Shown one piece after another: positions 51,250-64,000 of a DNA stretch of 64,000 bases. The DNA lies in the NCBI GenBank assembly GCA_973895155.1, contig OZ316891.1, forward strand, positions 16,247,137-16,311,136. Reading direction: 5' to 3'. This stretch comes from Marsupella aquatica. Lineage: Eukaryota; Plantae; Marchantiophyta. The first letter of the stretch is position 1; every line of letters starts with the position of its first letter. The notes beneath the pieces were generated by a model, which saw only the letters and a program-made list of their open reading frames with translations, had not been told where the DNA came from and made no database searches. Both the position numbers and the translations under genes were made by a program.

Positions 51250-53189
51250 TGAATCCGACTAGTTATCAGTTTGTGTTCTCTTGGAAGATATGGATTACAG
51301 GTAGGTGATCGATGGGGCTCACTTGCACTCGACCTCCTAATCTTCACACCTAAAAAGGTGTATATCAACCTTGTACAAATCATGGCTAGCTAGAGTTAGG
51401 GGACCCTACTCCCAACTAGGGGGGCGATTGTGGGAATTGGACATGAGTTCCACTTGTATTTCATTATCTTGTGTTTGCGATGTGGTAGTGTGACTATGTT
51501 TGGATGTATGTGACAAGCGATCTATGTTGTGTAGCGATGTGTATGCACATGACAGCTGTCACACCATTCTAGGTAGTGTTAGAGTGTACCATACGATCTA
51601 GATTCGTAGGGTATAACTACCGTGCCAGGAAATAGGAAAAAGAAAACAATAAACAGTAAATAGTAAACAACAAATGGATGATAATTTTTTGAGATTTTTT
51701 TTTGGAATTTTTTTTTTGTTGGTTTGTATTTTTGACATTTTTTATTAGTACCCAAAGCTAGTAATAGTAGCGCCTGACGCTAGCCAAAAATGATAGTTTT
51801 TAAAAATATTTTGAAAAATTTGAGTTTTAATGAGACATTTTTTATATTTCATTTTTGCTCGTAATAGTAAAGTTTTGCTCATCTACTTACTATAATATAC
51901 AATCCCGCCTTTTTGTGCTCATCGTCCGCTTACAAAATTCACTTTTGGAGGGAACTCATTATTACCATTGGATTTTAAACTTAAATTTTCCTGCCCATCA
52001 GATCTGTGTAAGGAAGAATAAAGAGTTTGTCCTAGCCTGAGGCACGGATCCATGGGCTTCCACCCACACCTAGACTCATATACAAACATCTAGAAAAAGG
52101 TCATTGGGAGTTGAGTTGACATGTGGCTATCATGGGTAGATGGGTCTGACAAGAAAATCTAAGTAGACCCCACTCTAAGTAGACCCCACATGATTGCCCC
52201 ATTCACGTAAAGTAAGAAGTATAGACAACGTACAATACAAATTAAGTTGTGAGTTCAATAGGGATGATTTATAGGAAAGTGGAAAAAAATTAAGTCTACT
52301 ACGAGTAGTGAAAACATTGTTTTTTTCTAATCTCTATAAAGTACTTTTTCCAGGTTACATTAACATTCAATCCTATATTCTTTATTGCAACAACCTTATT
52401 GACCAAAGACACAATGGCCCCAAGAATAAAATGGCCCCAACAATGAAATGGGCGGAGTGACAAATGATTGTAACAATAAAATGGTTATAAGGACAAATGT
52501 GCAATGCAAGTTAGGGCAATGGGATGTCATATTTCAAATCACATTATAAAAACCTATCCCATCTCAAAGAGTTAGTGTAATCTACAAAAGTGGAAAAGGA
52601 AGGAACAAACCAATACCATCAATATATTTCAATGATTTTGACACCCTTGGATTGAGTGAAAGGGATCACCTATGGAAGTGAATACCATGGATATTTTTGC
52701 TCTTTTTTTGGGGGGGTGGAAATTTTACATTTATTCCGCGTGAACCCCACGGATGGGGGAACCAGCAGGCCAAACGGCATCATAAAACCTCAACGCCCAA
52801 AGGAGGCAATAACAAAGAGTTACTCAACCAGGGTCACCAGATCAGGCAAAGATTGCGAAGCCGTTCTTCTAGTGGTCTATGCAACAAGTAACAGCTAGGG
52901 AATAAGCACTAAAAAGGCACGGTAGGTCAGCATAGTGAAAGTATAAAGTGTCAAAGCATTGTCTAGTACTGAAGTAATCCACCTAATCAGTAAGAAGAGG
53001 GTGTATACTGTAACGGGAAAAAGGAAAAAACCAAGGCATGAGCAAGGGCCACCAAGAGTGGTGCAGCTATAAGCTACAGGGATTGAACACAGTGCGGGGG
53101 CAGTGGCACTGTGAATGAGGAAATCACGGGAGTAACGGTGTCAAATGAGAAGACAAAACTCCCAGATAGCCACACAGTATAAATCAATC

Positions 53190-56100
53190 TCACAGAAGGC
53201 CGCCATCAATGGAGGAAGCAATTCGACACGACCCACGTTTGAGAGTGTGAATTCGCTCAATCTCCAGCAGTTCTTTGGCACTCAATAGACGCCGGTGCTT
53301 TCGGCTCAAAGATGAAGGAGAAAGCACGGAAGCAGCCACAGCGACAGCAGTCAGGTGGTCTAGGGTCTCCGAAATAATCAGCATCTGATCAAAAATCCTA
53401 TGTCTTGTCTGGTCAAAGGTCTAAGCATTCCTAGCCAACCAAATGTTCCACAAAATCTGATAGGTAATGTAGATCCGAAGGGAGTGAATAGGTAATTTTC
53501 CCACAACAGACTTGATAAGGCCAATCAGGGATGGCGTTCCATCGCAGAGTGCACCATGCATCCACCCGTGAGCATCAGTCCAACACCTGCTAGCGTGCCT
53601 GCATGAGAAGAAAATATGTGGGATAGACTCAAGGAGTCCCACACAAAGCACACAACAACCATCAGATTTTCCAATTCTTAGAGCCCTAGAGCCAGAAAAT
53701 AGACCCTGTGCAAGAATACGCCATAGAAAGGCTTTTGCTCGGGTAGAAAGACCAGATGTCCACACAACCCTCCACACTTCACTCCATTCCTCATCTGTGA
53801 GGGCCTCCGTCCAGATCCGGTTCAGACGAGCAGTATCAGTGCCTTTTGGGCGCAAAAACTCATAGGCACGAACATTAGTTAATCCAAAGCGATTAGCTCC
53901 AACCGCCTGGTCCAGCCAAAGCCATTGTCGTGCAAGAGGCAAGGTTCCAATGCCGCCAAAGGGAGTTCCACGAATGACTACCGCCAAAGAGAGACAGAGA
54001 GCCCTACAAGGAGATATAAGGCCTCTCAACCGTTGTAGTCGTGATTCAACATTCATCCATGTGCCATCAGCAGCAGACCAGAAATCACCAATTTTTCTAA
54101 TGCCCAGCTTACCAAACGTTCTGGTTAACTCCATAATTACTGAGTCAGGTAGCTCATAGAATCCCTGTAAGCAGCGGACAGTATCTTCGAATCCCCAATG
54201 GCCAGGGATAGGGTCAGAATTAGTAGGGTAGAAGATCAAGTGTTCTCTCAACTGTTCCCAAGCACTCCACAATTGGCTAGTATATGACAATCTCCCAAAG
54301 CTACGAGGGGTGCTAAGAAGTAACTTGTCAGTCATGGAGTACACATTCCTGTGAACAATCTTGTAATTCCGCCATTTCGTCAATCGAAGATTTTCAGAGA
54401 ACATGCAAGCCCATTCAGAGTCGGGGTAATCCAAAGCCCCGGTGAACCATTTACTCAAGAGGGCGTCCGAGTGACTTTTGAGGTCCTTCAATCCGAGACC
54501 ACCGTCCAGCTTGGGTCGAGTCATCTTGTCCCAAGCCACAAGAGGGATTTGTTTTCCCCCCAATGGGTTGGAGCCCCACAGAAAAATCCTGTTTAAAGCA
54601 ATCAACTTTTTAGTCAAGGTAATAGGTGAAAGTAGAAACATCAAGTGATAAACCGGTATGGCCTGAAGCACGTGCTTGATTAACAATAGGCGACCTGTGA
54701 AAGAGAGGAAGCGAGTAGACCAGGATGCTAGCCGTGCATTGATCCGATCCAAGCAGAAGCAATGCAGTTGCTTCTCAGAAAGATTAGAACCAAAAGGGGC
54801 ACCTAAGTATTTCTGCACAGTGCTTGCAGCGCTAATTGTACACCCCGTTTTGTGTAGCCAGTCAGGGATCTCATCAATTGCCAAAGGTATAATGATAGAT
54901 TTGGCCAGGTGAAGCTTAGCGCCAGTTGCACATTCGTAGCAAGTGATAGTGTTTCTAGCCTGTGTAAAAGCAATCTTCGTGGCAAGAATGAAGAGGCCAA
55001 GATCATCGGCAAAAAGTCTAAAACAAATAGTTAAAGAGGGAGAGATTTGTAGTCCCTGGAGTCGACCAGCCGCAATTTCCGCATGGCAGAAGTCCATCAA
55101 TGGCTGGGTGGAAATAGCAAAAAGAAGAGGAGAAAGGGGGCAGCCTTGGCGAACTCCCCTGCACATCTTAATATCATCAGTCCAAAGTCCGTTGACCAGA
55201 ACTTTAGAAAAGGAATTACTTAGCAGAGATCGAACTAAGAATATGTAATGTGAGCTCAGGCCCAAAAGATTCATAGTTTCCCAGATATAGAGATGATCGA
55301 CCTTGTCAAAAGCTTTCTCAAAGTCAAGCTGCAAAAAGAGAGAGGGAGTCTGCGTGAATTCAATCCAGTTGTGTGTCAACCATGTTAGTGAGATATTTTC
55401 CAGTATATGACGTCCGGGAATGAAGCCTGTTTGTTGCGGACTAATCATGTGGGGCAGCAGCACCTTCAATCGCAGGGCAAGTAGCTTCGCCAAAATCTTG
55501 TATGTGGTCGTTAGCATGGTCAGCGGCCTCCAGTCGCACAAACGACGCTTGTCAGTCTTCTTGGGGATAAAACGGATCACGCCATCTTTGATCCCATAGG
55601 AAATGTGACCAGTCCTCCAAAAGTCACAGATCATGTCATATAGGTCAGCTTTCACAAAATCCCAGCAGGCACGTAGAACTTCAGCAGTCATACCATCTAT
55701 CCCTGGTGCTTTATCATTAGGTAGCAATAGTAGGGTGTCATGTACCTCCTTAATAGTGGGTAAAGCTTCCAATCGGTGGTTCTCAGCGGCAGAGGGGGGA
55801 AAATGAGTGTGCTCGCAAAGTTTTTGTCTAGCAGCACGCATCGCCAAAAGTTCCTCAGCATTGAGTTCCTGCGGAGAATACAGCGCCTCACAGAAATTTT
55901 GAACCTCCTTGATGATCAGATTTTTGTCATGAATCTCTAAACCATCATCTCCAATTAGGTACTCCATAGTCTCTCTCAAACGTTTTGCTTTGACCAAAGA
56001 GAAGTAGAACTTGGGAGGTTCCTCACCCTGGCCAAGCCAGTTGATCCGGGACAGCTGCCGGTAGTGATGTGCATTCTCAAGTTCCATTTTGCGGACACTG

Positions 56101-57149
56101 TTATCAGTATAGGCAAATTCCTGCAAATCATTCAGAGCATGCTCGTCCATGATAGAGATTTTGAGGAGGCGAAGTTTGTTCCTAAGGATCGCCAGCTCTT
56201 CCTCCCGGGGCACCGGCAACGATTGCAGCTCCATAAAGCACTTCCGAAATCTTTGGAATGCGTTGGCAAAACGTAAATGAGGATCCGCAGAGGGCACACC
56301 ATCACCCCGCCAGGCAGCCTCTAAAAGAATCAGGTTTTTTGCCTTCCAAAGAACAGAGGGGTTCGCCTTAAAATAAGTAGCTCTCTTCTTATTAGAGGCC
56401 AAGCGGGGTAGAGGAATCAGACGGAAGGTAATGAGTACAGGATCATGATCAGAGAGCGCCGATGACCCGTCATGAGTGAGATCCACAATCTCAGCAGTCC
56501 ATCTCCCTTCATCACTAAAGTAAAACCGGTGAAGCCTAGATTGAAATAATCTACCATTTCGGACCCTGCGCTAGGTAAAGGATGCACCAGTTACCTGGCC
56601 CAGAATGGAGATAACATCCACGAGGTCAAATTTAGTTTTAAGAAATCGCCAGAATTCTAGCTCGCGGCCATAGATAAGAGGGGAAGCGCCAGTGGAGTCT
56701 TCAACCCTTTCGGTCATATTGAAATCACCACAGATAATCCAACAGGCTTGCAGTAAAGCATTGAGCAAATCATTCCACAGCAGCAATCTTTCTCCAGCTG
56801 AATTAGGCGCGTACAAACTTACCAATCCAAAATTGCCCTCCGCATGTTCCATCTGGATCCACACCGCCCTTCCACCATCAAGGAGTCCAGATGAGGTCAC
56901 CTTGAAAGAAGGATGGATTAAAATAGCCGTTCCGCCCCTGCCCTCATCAGGGGCGGAGAAAAAGTGCTGAAAAGAAGGTAGAATTGTTCGTAGCACTGTG
57001 TCCAGTCTGAAACCCTCCACCTTAATCTCCTGAAGGGCCAGCGCATCAAGGGGAGGGCGTAGAGAGGAGGCCCACTTGAGTACAACATGTTTCCAATCTG
57101 GATTACAAAGACCACAGACGTTCCAAGAGGCGAAATGGAAAATACCCAT
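53190..57149 (-). pseudogene. LINE ORF2 (AP endonuclease, RT, zf-RVT)
   Basis: SWNVCGL, LQEIK, GDFN, SDHDPV, KAPGIDG, WRPLTML, LDFEKAFD, GVRQGCPLSP, LFADD, CVLC..ESIPHIFFSC; only two in-frame TAG stops (56571, 53421). Confidence 0.95.
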
Positions 57150-57206
57150 TCTCCTAGTAAATCCATCACCTCAGCTCCCTCCTTAGAGAGAGCGACTAGA
57201 GCATCC

Positions 57207-59416
57207 TCATAAAGGAGTGAGCGGGGACTCCGTAGGTCCCAGCATCAGCAAGGTCAAGACGAGAGGAGGACTTAGAATTGAGTCCGCAGATAGAGATTCA
57301 AAAGTCGCTGAGGCAGCACCAATTCCTTCAGCATCAGCCGTGGATAGCTTCTTCGATTCCCGAGAGAGTCTCCTCTCAGGTGTGACCCAACCAACTGCAT
57401 CCTGCGATTTAGAATCCAAAGTGAAATGTAAGGAGCATTGTTTTCGGGCTTTTTTCTTTCCCTTATCTTTCTTTTTATCTTCAGGTGGGGAACGCCGAGC
57501 CAATTTCCTTGCTCGGTCCTTCTTAATGGCAGAGCGCGAGACAATGTCTTCGTATTCTGATAATTCCATATCAGAAGGTATATCAGAGGGCGACAATTCT
57601 TCTTCCATGACATTTAAATCCTCAGATCCACCATGGGAAGACGGTACCAAAATCTCCGCAACAGGAGCACCTGAATTTGTGGTCAAATCAGGCATGGGAG
57701 TCAAAGGTAGAGGACACAAATGAGTCTCAGAGGGCAGCACCAAATTTTGAAGCTCATGGATGACTCTTGGGAGTTCAGTATTGCACGCTAGTAGAAGCGA
57801 AGAGGGGTCGCAAGGAACTATATCAATAGCTGCCTCCTCAATCTCCCGAATTGTCACCACAGAGCAGGGATCAGCATCCACGCCTCCAATGCTACCAAAA
57901 AGTATAATCTCAGAAGATGTAGCCTCTACGGGGGGTGCCTCGACATTTGCAGCAGGTTCCTCAACGGGGTTAATTGTAGCATCGGGAGCAGGTGGGACTA
58001 ACAACGGGTTCGGCATTTGAGTAGCTCTTTCTGGACTGGGCGCCTTCAAAGGGCAATCTAAACCCGCGGCAGGGGGGAGTCCGCAGTGCGGTGGCTCGGG
58101 GCAGGTGTCAGTTCTTCCTCATCGTGGGCTCTACAATCTCTCGCCAAATGGCCCTTCTTGCTGCACCGAAAGCAGTGAAAGGGAATGTTCTTAAAGATCA
58201 CCGGTTGCCATATAGAAAGCCCGTTCTTGATTAGTACCTCAACACTCAGTGGTAATTCTCGTTGTGTATCCCACAGGATGCAGGCACGATCATGGGGGTA
58301 CAAGCTTAACTCCTCACCTTGGATATAATGTAAAATGTCACCCAAAGATGCAGCCAGCTTCCTGTGGCACGGTTCCAGAACTAAAGCCTGAAAAGGAATT
58401 TCAATCCAAACCGGAAGAAGGGTGTACGATTCACTGTTGATATCAAAAGAAGGATCCCACGGAAAGGTGAAAATGAACTTTCTATCCAGGAACCAAGGAG
58501 CTTCAGCAAGAGCCAAGTCGCGGTGAGCAGGGTCCTTGAAGACGATCATGTAGAAGTTTTTCCCCACAAACTTAACTTGAGAGATTGGCCATTTCAAATC
58601 CACAACAAAGGTCTTGTTCACCCAAAATTTAAATGTCGGAAGCAGAGGCGGGCAATCGGTGAAGTAACACATCATTGTGCAGTTGAAAAGTTCTTTCACA
58701 GTCTCAGTTGCTTCCTCTAGGGACCACTCGATGGTGGTATGCAGTTTAGAAGGCCAGTCTTGAACTGACAAGTCTGCAATTTGCCTCAGAATGGGGATAC
58801 AAGCTTCGGCTTCTTCAGCACGATGATCTGCCTGAGAGCGACTCAAGGGTGGGGCACTCGAAGCACCAGGATCAGCAATTCCAGGTGGGCGAGTGAATTT
58901 ACCAGCTCCAACACTGGTGCGCACCTCATCGGCAATCCTCCTGTCACCAATGTCATCCTGAAAAAGATTCTCATAAGGATTCATCAGTCTTTCCTCCAGG
59001 ACCTCCATTGGCACATGTTCTCGACTATGGGAGTCCCACCGTGAGAAGCCATCCGCCTCAGTGCCGGATGGACGAAGCCCATACCAACTTCGTAATTGAT
59101 TGACTGGGGCGCAAATCCCAGGAGTGCTATTAGGAACAGCATTGGAGGGACCGCCAGGGCCCGAACGAGCATCCTGATCAGAGAAAATTGCACCAGAGTT
59201 GATTCCTCGAGGTGAAGAAGGCCTAACAGCCAAAGGTACAAGCGGGGAAGAAGAGGACGAGTTAGCCCAGTGGCCAGCCCCCCCCTCAGCGTCTCGCAAA
59301 GACTGTGTATCTCTCATTGCCTGCCCATCACGTAAGTAAGCTGGGCCAAAAGCAAGTGCTCCTCGACCAGTCATGTGAGCGCCAAATCCCGAACCACCTC
59401 TCCGATTAGAATTCAT
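57207..59416 (-). pseudogene. LINE ORF1 (DUF4283-like + CCHC knuckle + low-complexity tail)
   Basis: APWFL..WDP..PVWIEIP, CFRCSKKGHLARDC; apparent frameshift near 58060. Confidence 0.88.
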
Positions 59417-60559
59417 CCCAGGTCAACACCGGGTCGAAGGCAGAGGCGTCCAACAACAAATGCAAAGTGAAAAAGGAACGAGAGTAAAATTATTTAGAAA
59501 GTGTCGCATTCAGCAGCCCATAACAGGGACCAAAATAACTCACCGCTGAAAGTAATACACAAGAAGAAGAAGAGGGGGTCCCACTTCAAGTCTCCAATTG
59601 TACGCAGCGTGAAAAGCGACTCTCCAAAGAGGCAAAACACAAACCAGGAGCCGGGAGCATATTCAACTTCAGCGCACAGACACACATCCAAAGGTTTGCA
59701 TAAATCTCATCCGTCGACGGGAGGGAGCAGGGTAAAATGCCAGTGAGTAAGCAAAAGATTATGATGCAGTGTAAAGTAGTATCGGTATCCAGAAGGAGCA
59801 TAAATCAGCAAGTAAACTGGCACCGATTCGATGATAACGCTGTAATCCAGAACTCTACGAGACGGTTAAGAAGTCGTCAAGCCCTAATGCACTTAACGCA
59901 GACCATGAGCATCATTTAGATAACCAAAAGATGCGTTGATCAAATCAGCGCACAAAGTAAAACATCTTCCGGAGGGAAGCAACAGTGATCAGCATCCAAG
60001 CAGCGACAATGACAGGTCAAGACGAGCCAGAGAAACTAAAAAAATCTAAAAAACCTAAAACGCAGAGCTCTGCCAGGTCTCACAGTCCATTAGGTCTCAC
60101 AGTCTCTCCGGATATTTTTGCTCTTAAAGTAGGTGTTTACAAAATACATGTGCTGGCTAACTACTTTCAAAAATGACATGTGCATAACATTGGTATCATA
60201 TTTGTTTTGTTTTTTTGCTAAGGAGAAGAGAAATTTTCATTTTTCTGAGAGATCATTTATCTTTTGCTCCATGTTGATTCTTCTTCTCTTTCTTCATCAT
60301 GTTGGAAAGGGAGGGAGGGTGCCAAAGAGCGAGGATGGGAGACTGGAAGGAGAGAAAGGAAGGGCACACAAGAGGAGATTGAAGAAAAAAGGAAAAAAAT
60401 TGTGAATTTATCTCCCTCCATATAGCTAAGGGCAACCACACTTGACCCTGTAACACCCCAGCCGCCCCCTATCTTGCGTTCCCTCCCATGCTCTCACCCT
60501 TGCCACAACATTGCTTTCACAATAGCACCTTGGGACATACATTGCCTCAATATCTTTGC

Positions 60560-61892
60560 CTCAACTTGACAATTTTTCTCGCCTTGACATATTTTTCTCA
60601 GTTTGACATCTTTTTATCTCCTCAACTTTTTATCATATTGACATGTTTTCTCTCCTTGAGATATTTTCCTCACCCCAATGTTATTTTCAATTTCACATTG
60701 ACATCTTTTTCTCACCTTGCCATCTTTCCTCTCTGCACCTTTTTTCTCCTCAACATCTTTTATCACCTTAGCATTTTCTCATGCACCTTGATATAGTTTC
60801 TCTTCTTGAGATATAATTTTATCTTTGGCATCTCTACTCATCTCAGCATCATATTTTCATTTTCATATTTTTTTCTCTCATGGACATGATTTCCTCACCT
60901 TAATTTTCCATTTTCCATTTTCCTCACCTTGACATTTTTTTCTCTCATTTAACGTTTTTCTCACCTTGTCATCTTTTTCTCTCCTCGACATATTTTTCTC
61001 ATCTCAGCATCTTTTTATCTCCTTGATATCTTTTCCTCACCTCAATGTTTTTTTCTCACCTCAACATCTTCTGGGCAACGAATGGGCATCAGGCTATTTG
61101 TATATATATATATATATATATTGTGCCAAAATAATGAGACTTCACACCCATAAACTATGACAAATATTTCTATGGTTTTTCATCACAATTGTCTCACAAA
61201 ATTTGACTTTTATTGTCCCAAAGAAAGCCTTGGAAGCAAAGCAAAGAGGGGGAGAGGCAAGGAGAAAGGGGAAGGGGGGGCACATGGATGAGAAAAGAGG
61301 GAGAGGCTTCATCTTGCCCCATCCGGTCGCAGGTAAGGGGTGGAAAAAGTGTCAAGTTTATTTTCTCACCTCAAAATCTGTTGCTCTACTTTACATCTTT
61401 TTCTGCTCAAAATCTTTTTCTCTCCTTTGCACACGTTTCTCTCCTCAACATCTTTTGTTCACCTAGACATATTTTCTCTCCTCAATTTTTTTCTCATCTC
61501 AACATCTATTTCTCTCCTCAACATCTTTTCTCTCCTGGACATATGTTTCTCACTTGGACATCTTTTCTCTCTTTGACATCTTTTTTTCTCCTCTACTTCT
61601 TTTATCATCTCAACATCTTTTCCTCACCTCAACATTATTCTCTCCTCAACATCTTTTCGCTCCTTCACATCTTTTATCGCCTCAACATCTTTTCTCTCCT
61701 CGACATCTTCTATCACCTCGACATCTTTTCTCTCCTTGACATCTTTTATCACCTCGACATCTTTTCTCTCCTAGACATCTTCTATCACCTCGACATCTTT
61801 TGCTCACCTCAACATCTTTTCTCTCCTCGACATCTTTTATCATCTCAACATCTTTTCTCTCCTCGACATCCTTTTTCACCTCGACATCTTTT
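60560..61892. repeat. Degenerate 16-17 bp tandem array (TCWCCTCRACATCTTT) in two blocks, with (TA)n at 61101-61121
   Basis: Directly visible; 33-bp higher-order period at 61660-61800 (peptide repeat DIFSLLDIFYHL). Confidence 0.9.
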
Positions 61893-64000
61893 GTGCAACG
61901 CACGGGCATTGGGCTAGTAACAGGAAATAATTTTCCAGTTTCCTAGCACGGTGTAAAGACTCAGATTCGTATGTTTGGTATGTGTGCTATATGAGCCAAT
62001 AAGGTTCCGTTAGGTTTGTGTGAGAGGATAGTTCTCTCTTGTGAGACATTGAAAAGTTATCTTTCAATGTTGAGCCTTGGAGAGGAGAGCTTGTGTGGTG
62101 GCTATGGTAGCTGAGAGCTCTCTCTATGTAATGTGGATTCCTTGAGTGCAAGGTGCGTTGGCTTGACATACGTGTGTGATCGGATCGGACAGGATTGAAT
62201 GCGTATTGTTGGCATTGATCGTTGTTTGGATTCTATTGAGATTATTGTGGGTTTTGGACATGTGTGGACATGAATTCCACTTGTATTCCATTCTCTTGTC
62301 TTTGTGATGTGACAGTGTGACTATGTTTAGATTCATGTGACAAACAATATATGTTATGTAGCGATGTGTATGCGCACGACATCACAGTTGCCTTGCACAA
62401 CTCCAAACTGAAACGACCAGGTCAAAGAGCCGACAGCAAGGCTGGCCTATGTATCCGAGACCACCACCACACGCCAAACTCTTCGCTGAAAAATGGGCAT
62501 GTAAAATTTGGGATGCCACAAAAATGTTGCTGAAGAAAGAAACTGTTCAGGTATCTCTATAATTATCCACTTCCGGACTATCTACTGCATTGCCTTTCTC
62601 CTAACACACCGGATTTACCGTTGGAGCAACGCGGTGACACCGAAGATAGAATTCCAAACCAATAAACGGAAGTACATCTGCCTCAACAAGGAGGAAATTC
62701 TGAGATGTATTTACTTTGGACAAAAATTAAGAGGATGGTATGGTGATTGATCTCCTCTTGAAAATTCCTTATCGTACATTGCACGCTCCGGTGCTCAAAG
62801 CAAAGCCAGGTCCACAAGTTTGTGTAGTCTTAGTCTGATGCCAAAAAAGAAACTAAAACTTATATTTCCCAAACATAAATCGATCAGAATACATGTGAAA
62901 TGTCACAGGAGTTCATCATGCCACAGTAATGCCCAATCAGTACATTTTGAGGAAAATACACTTTTATACTAATTTAAAGCCAACTCGAATCCTCGCCAAA
63001 CATGAGCAATCTCAGCATTTGTCAGGAGTATGGGGAATGACACACAATCTAGCTGATCCCACTTGACGGTATTAAACAAACTCAGCTGCAACAGAAACAC
63101 ACAATTCCCCTCAAATCCCTCGTTGTTGGATGATAGTGGGTTTGTTCCAAATCCTCCCGTGTTCCGACAGACCTGACCACACGAACTGAAGTCCAGCTCT
63201 CCAGCTTACCTCCTTCGGTTAGGCTATCCCGCATTCACCGCTGCCTCCTTTTTCTCTCTCATTTCATTTCTTGCTGTTTCTCCGCTCCTCCCGCTCTTCA
63301 CGAGCTGACAAGGGTCTTCAATTACACCGCCAGGCCTACCAATCAAGCAAACAAAGAGCCCTTTCGGACCAATTTGTTCTGCATACGACACGAACAATCA
63401 AAGGCTGTCGTGAACCAGGTCATTGAAACTTACAGCTTTGGGGATTAACATCTGATCGAAATAAAGTAAGGAGAGATATAGCCTTGGTCAAGCTTCATGC
63501 CCTCCACACTGCCAGGCTACAGACAGTGAGACCTAAACTCAAAAGACTCATTCACGACACCCATCTGCCATCCCAACTTCATATGCACAACAGTTCAGCT
63601 CAACTGCGATCGAGCGCAGCTCAGCTTTCAGCCCAATTCTGCCCAAACGCATACGCATCGACAATCTCCAAACATTCTCTATTGAAATCAGATACAATCC
63701 AAAGATCCACTCAGATGCAGGTACTCTGCCAAACACGTTCGTTTGCCTTTGTTCAACCTTCGAGTATCGAGAACTGGCACCACTCGTTCCCCTTTGCACA
63801 CCGTTAGCCAAAATCCTCACACTGTCGTTCAACACCCGGTTACAGTCAGTCTATAATTCACCCTCATCAAATGATGCGGGCGCCATGGAATGAGACTCGG
63901 ACTTGCCCTCAAATGCACCTCGGGGTGACGACAGTTTGAGGGTGAGAGCCAGGTCAAGGGCTGATGGAATATTACTCTTACACACTCGTAAATCCTGTCA

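Larger units (their letters stand above)
52705..60109 (-). mobile_element. Full-length L1-clade LINE
   Basis: 16-bp TSD GGATATTTTTGCTCTT (52689-52704, 60110-60125), short A tail, ORF1 and ORF2. Confidence 0.93.
51609..61962. mobile_element. Non-autonomous MULE (about 2.9 kb without the nested LINE)
   Basis: 9-bp TSD AGATTCGTA (51600-51608, 61963-61971). Ends GGGTATAACT-ACCGTGCCAGGAAA and (reverse complement) GAGTCTTTAC-ACCGTGCTAGGAAA; palindrome pair at 51746-51782 in the same context as the MITE. Confidence 0.85.
51429..62386 (+). repeat. Split 3' LTR of the PHD-Gypsy (51429-51608 and 61972-62386)
   Basis: PPT AGGGGGGCGAT precedes TGTGGG; ends CATCACA; interrupted by the TSD-bounded MULE. 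Confidence 0.6.

Noticed and set aside
61213-61917. 234-aa repeat protein
   Set aside because: Translation of the 16-17 bp tandem array; no coding signal.
62387-64000. Host gene at the right end
   Set aside because: Some minus-strand splice-donor-like sites and a CT-rich tract, but no convincing reading frame or domain; left unannotated.

Overview
Eukaryotic, intron-bearing DNA, most likely from a non-seed land plant (inferred from element types and GT-AG introns). The window is almost entirely nested, C-to-T-eroded transposable elements, with no clear host gene. Contents: a non-chromovirus Ty3/Gypsy pol; three related families of 2-3.8 kb LTR-like units (A, B, C) that share a 3' hairpin and a non-tRNA boundary motif, two of them carrying a large ORF; a complete Bianca-type Ty1/Copia; a CACTA/EnSpm element with a SET-domain exon inside its transposase gene; a Gypsy integrase ending in a PHD finger; a full-length L1-clade LINE; and a Mutator-like (MULE) family in one large copy and two non-autonomous derivatives. 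The best candidate for an undescribed system is the large MULE (32348 to at least 48916). It pairs its transposase, head to head, with a spliced gene encoding a ParB/Srx-like N-terminal domain and a beta-class N4C/N6A DNA-methyltransferase-like C-terminal domain. About 16 copies of the palindrome TAGCGCC-N-GGCGCTA lie only in non-coding parts of this family, suggesting a parS-like or VANC-like self-targeting module. All domain calls are by eye from motifs; no searches were run.
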